From Octopus bimaculoides (lineage: Eukaryota), in assembly GCF_001194135.2 (NCBI RefSeq), contig NC_068992.1, positions 9,060,930 to 9,105,980 of the forward strand: DNA of 45,051 nucleotides, read 5' to 3'. Below the pieces are notes generated by a model. It worked only from the letters and a program-made list of their open reading frames with translations, searched no databases and was not told the origin of the DNA. Position numbers and translations under genes: made by a program. Positions within the stretch are counted from its first letter, which is position 1. Each line of letters opens with the position of its first letter. Positions 43,782 to 45,051 of this stretch are shown here, in pieces.

Positions 43782-44770
43782 GTATGTGCTTGAATTTTTT
43801 TTTTTTTTTACTTTATATTATTCCTAATAGACATACCATTAATACAGTTGCCTAACCTATTTTTTCTGTATCAAATTAAATTGGTAATCTACTTAATGTT
43901 ATCCATATGAAACAACAATAAAATAGTGCTGTGTTTACAGAATTCAAAGAAAACAAGTTTCAAATTCATTGTAGATATTGAATATTTCTGCAGAGCATAT
44001 TGTTATTGACTATGTACTTGCAGAAATATAAAATCAACAAAACTTTTTGCTTAGCTGATAGCTGGATGTGAGCTATGGGGCAGTGCCTGGCTTAGTCGCC
44101 TCCCAATGTGTCAGATTGCTATAGAACTGAACAATGGTATCATTTGAGTTGGTGTAGCTCTTCATATGGGCTGGGAAATGCTGCTAACATGTTCTGAGGG
44201 CATATTAGTGATCTTGGAACCTACAAGATCAGAGTGTGGTGATAACAAACACCCAGACAAGATGACCTAATTTTCATATGCTTTGCATTGCTCATTGCTC
44301 TGAGACAATATCATCACCGATCCATTCAATGACAGATTCATCTCAGAGTCTGCGGTCTACTCATTGACTTTTGTGCTGAGAGGCTGAAGAAGCTTCGTTG
44401 ATAGAAACAATTATCAAAACAACTAGTGTCAATGATGAATTGATGAAGGTTTTTATCAATACCATCAGAGTATAATTAGAATTTGGAGTGACAAGTGAAG
44501 CAGTCACTACTTCATGGCAGTGGTAGTAAATAGGATGATAATTCACTGAGAAAGAAGAATAAACACAAATTATAGGAAAATAATTGAGAAATTCTAATTC
44601 TGGCTTCTATGTTAGCTATTGTAATCCATTTGTTGCATGGTTTGAATAATAGAAAGTTTTTTTGTTTTTTTTTTTGAAACATTTGGCTTTTTCTTTCCTT
44701 CTGCACTATCATAATATTATGTTTAATTTATCCATCATTTTCTATAGAATTAAATTATAATTTGTGCGTA

Positions 44771-45051
44771 CAGGTTTGGCTGTGTGGTAAAGCAGTTTGC
44801 TTCCAAAGCACATAGTTCTAGGTTTGGTACCGCTGAATGATGTCTTGGGCAGGTGTCTTCTACTATAGCCATGAAATAATCAAAGCCTTGTGAGTGGATT
44901 TAGTAGACAGAAACTGAAAGAAGCCCAAAGAATGTGTTTGTCTTCACGTATCTTTGCCCCCCCCCCCATCCACCCCTACCCACCCACTGCTCGACAACCA
45001 GTGCTGGTTTGTATATGTCCCTGTAACTTAGTGGGTCATCAAAAGAGACCA
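44771..45051 (+). mobile_element. Family A SINE, diverged, runs off the window
   Basis: TGGCTGTGTGGT head, GTGTCTTCTACTATAGCC, AAACTGAAAGAAGCC, GACAACC..GCTGG. Confidence 0.78.

Noticed and set aside
44383-44410. Hammerhead-like CTGAAGA..GAAAC
   Set aside because: Stem II cannot close and no stems I/III are evident. No convincing hammerhead core was noticed elsewhere by eye.
43782-45051. Search for the true DDHD1 terminal exon (RID..SH..YW)
   Set aside because: No complete motif in any phase-compatible frame; presumed to be downstream of the window.

Overview
AT-rich, repeat-dense metazoan genomic DNA with five N gaps. The SINE, MITE and microsatellite content looks like an octopus or other coleoid cephalopod (inference). 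The one confidently identified gene is a + strand DDHD1-type intracellular phospholipase A1 (PA-PLA1). It has 13 coding exons from the ATG at 23457 to 43781, all introns GT-AG and phase-consistent, giving 2152 nt (717 codons + 1 nt). The last exon or exons lie beyond the window. The first ~23 kb hold no gene I can identify, only microsatellites, several SINE-like families, TTAA (piggyBac-type) MITEs, decayed LINE RT fragments and some unresolved exon-like segments. The most unusual feature is a 507-bp antisense LTR-type insert in DDHD1 intron 8 (37264-37770, CATC target duplication). It has one full LTR, a U5-side hairpin, and two tandem CCA-ended copies of the tRNA-Trp 3' end that are longer than a normal primer-binding site. 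Other notable items are a MITE nested in its own family, a MITE splitting an open frame, inverted repeat pairs in DDHD1 introns, and a triple Staf/ZNF143-like motif. Family letters A-G are my working labels. All protein and family assignments come from remembered motifs, not from database searches, and repeat boundaries are approximate unless a TSD or TIR is cited.
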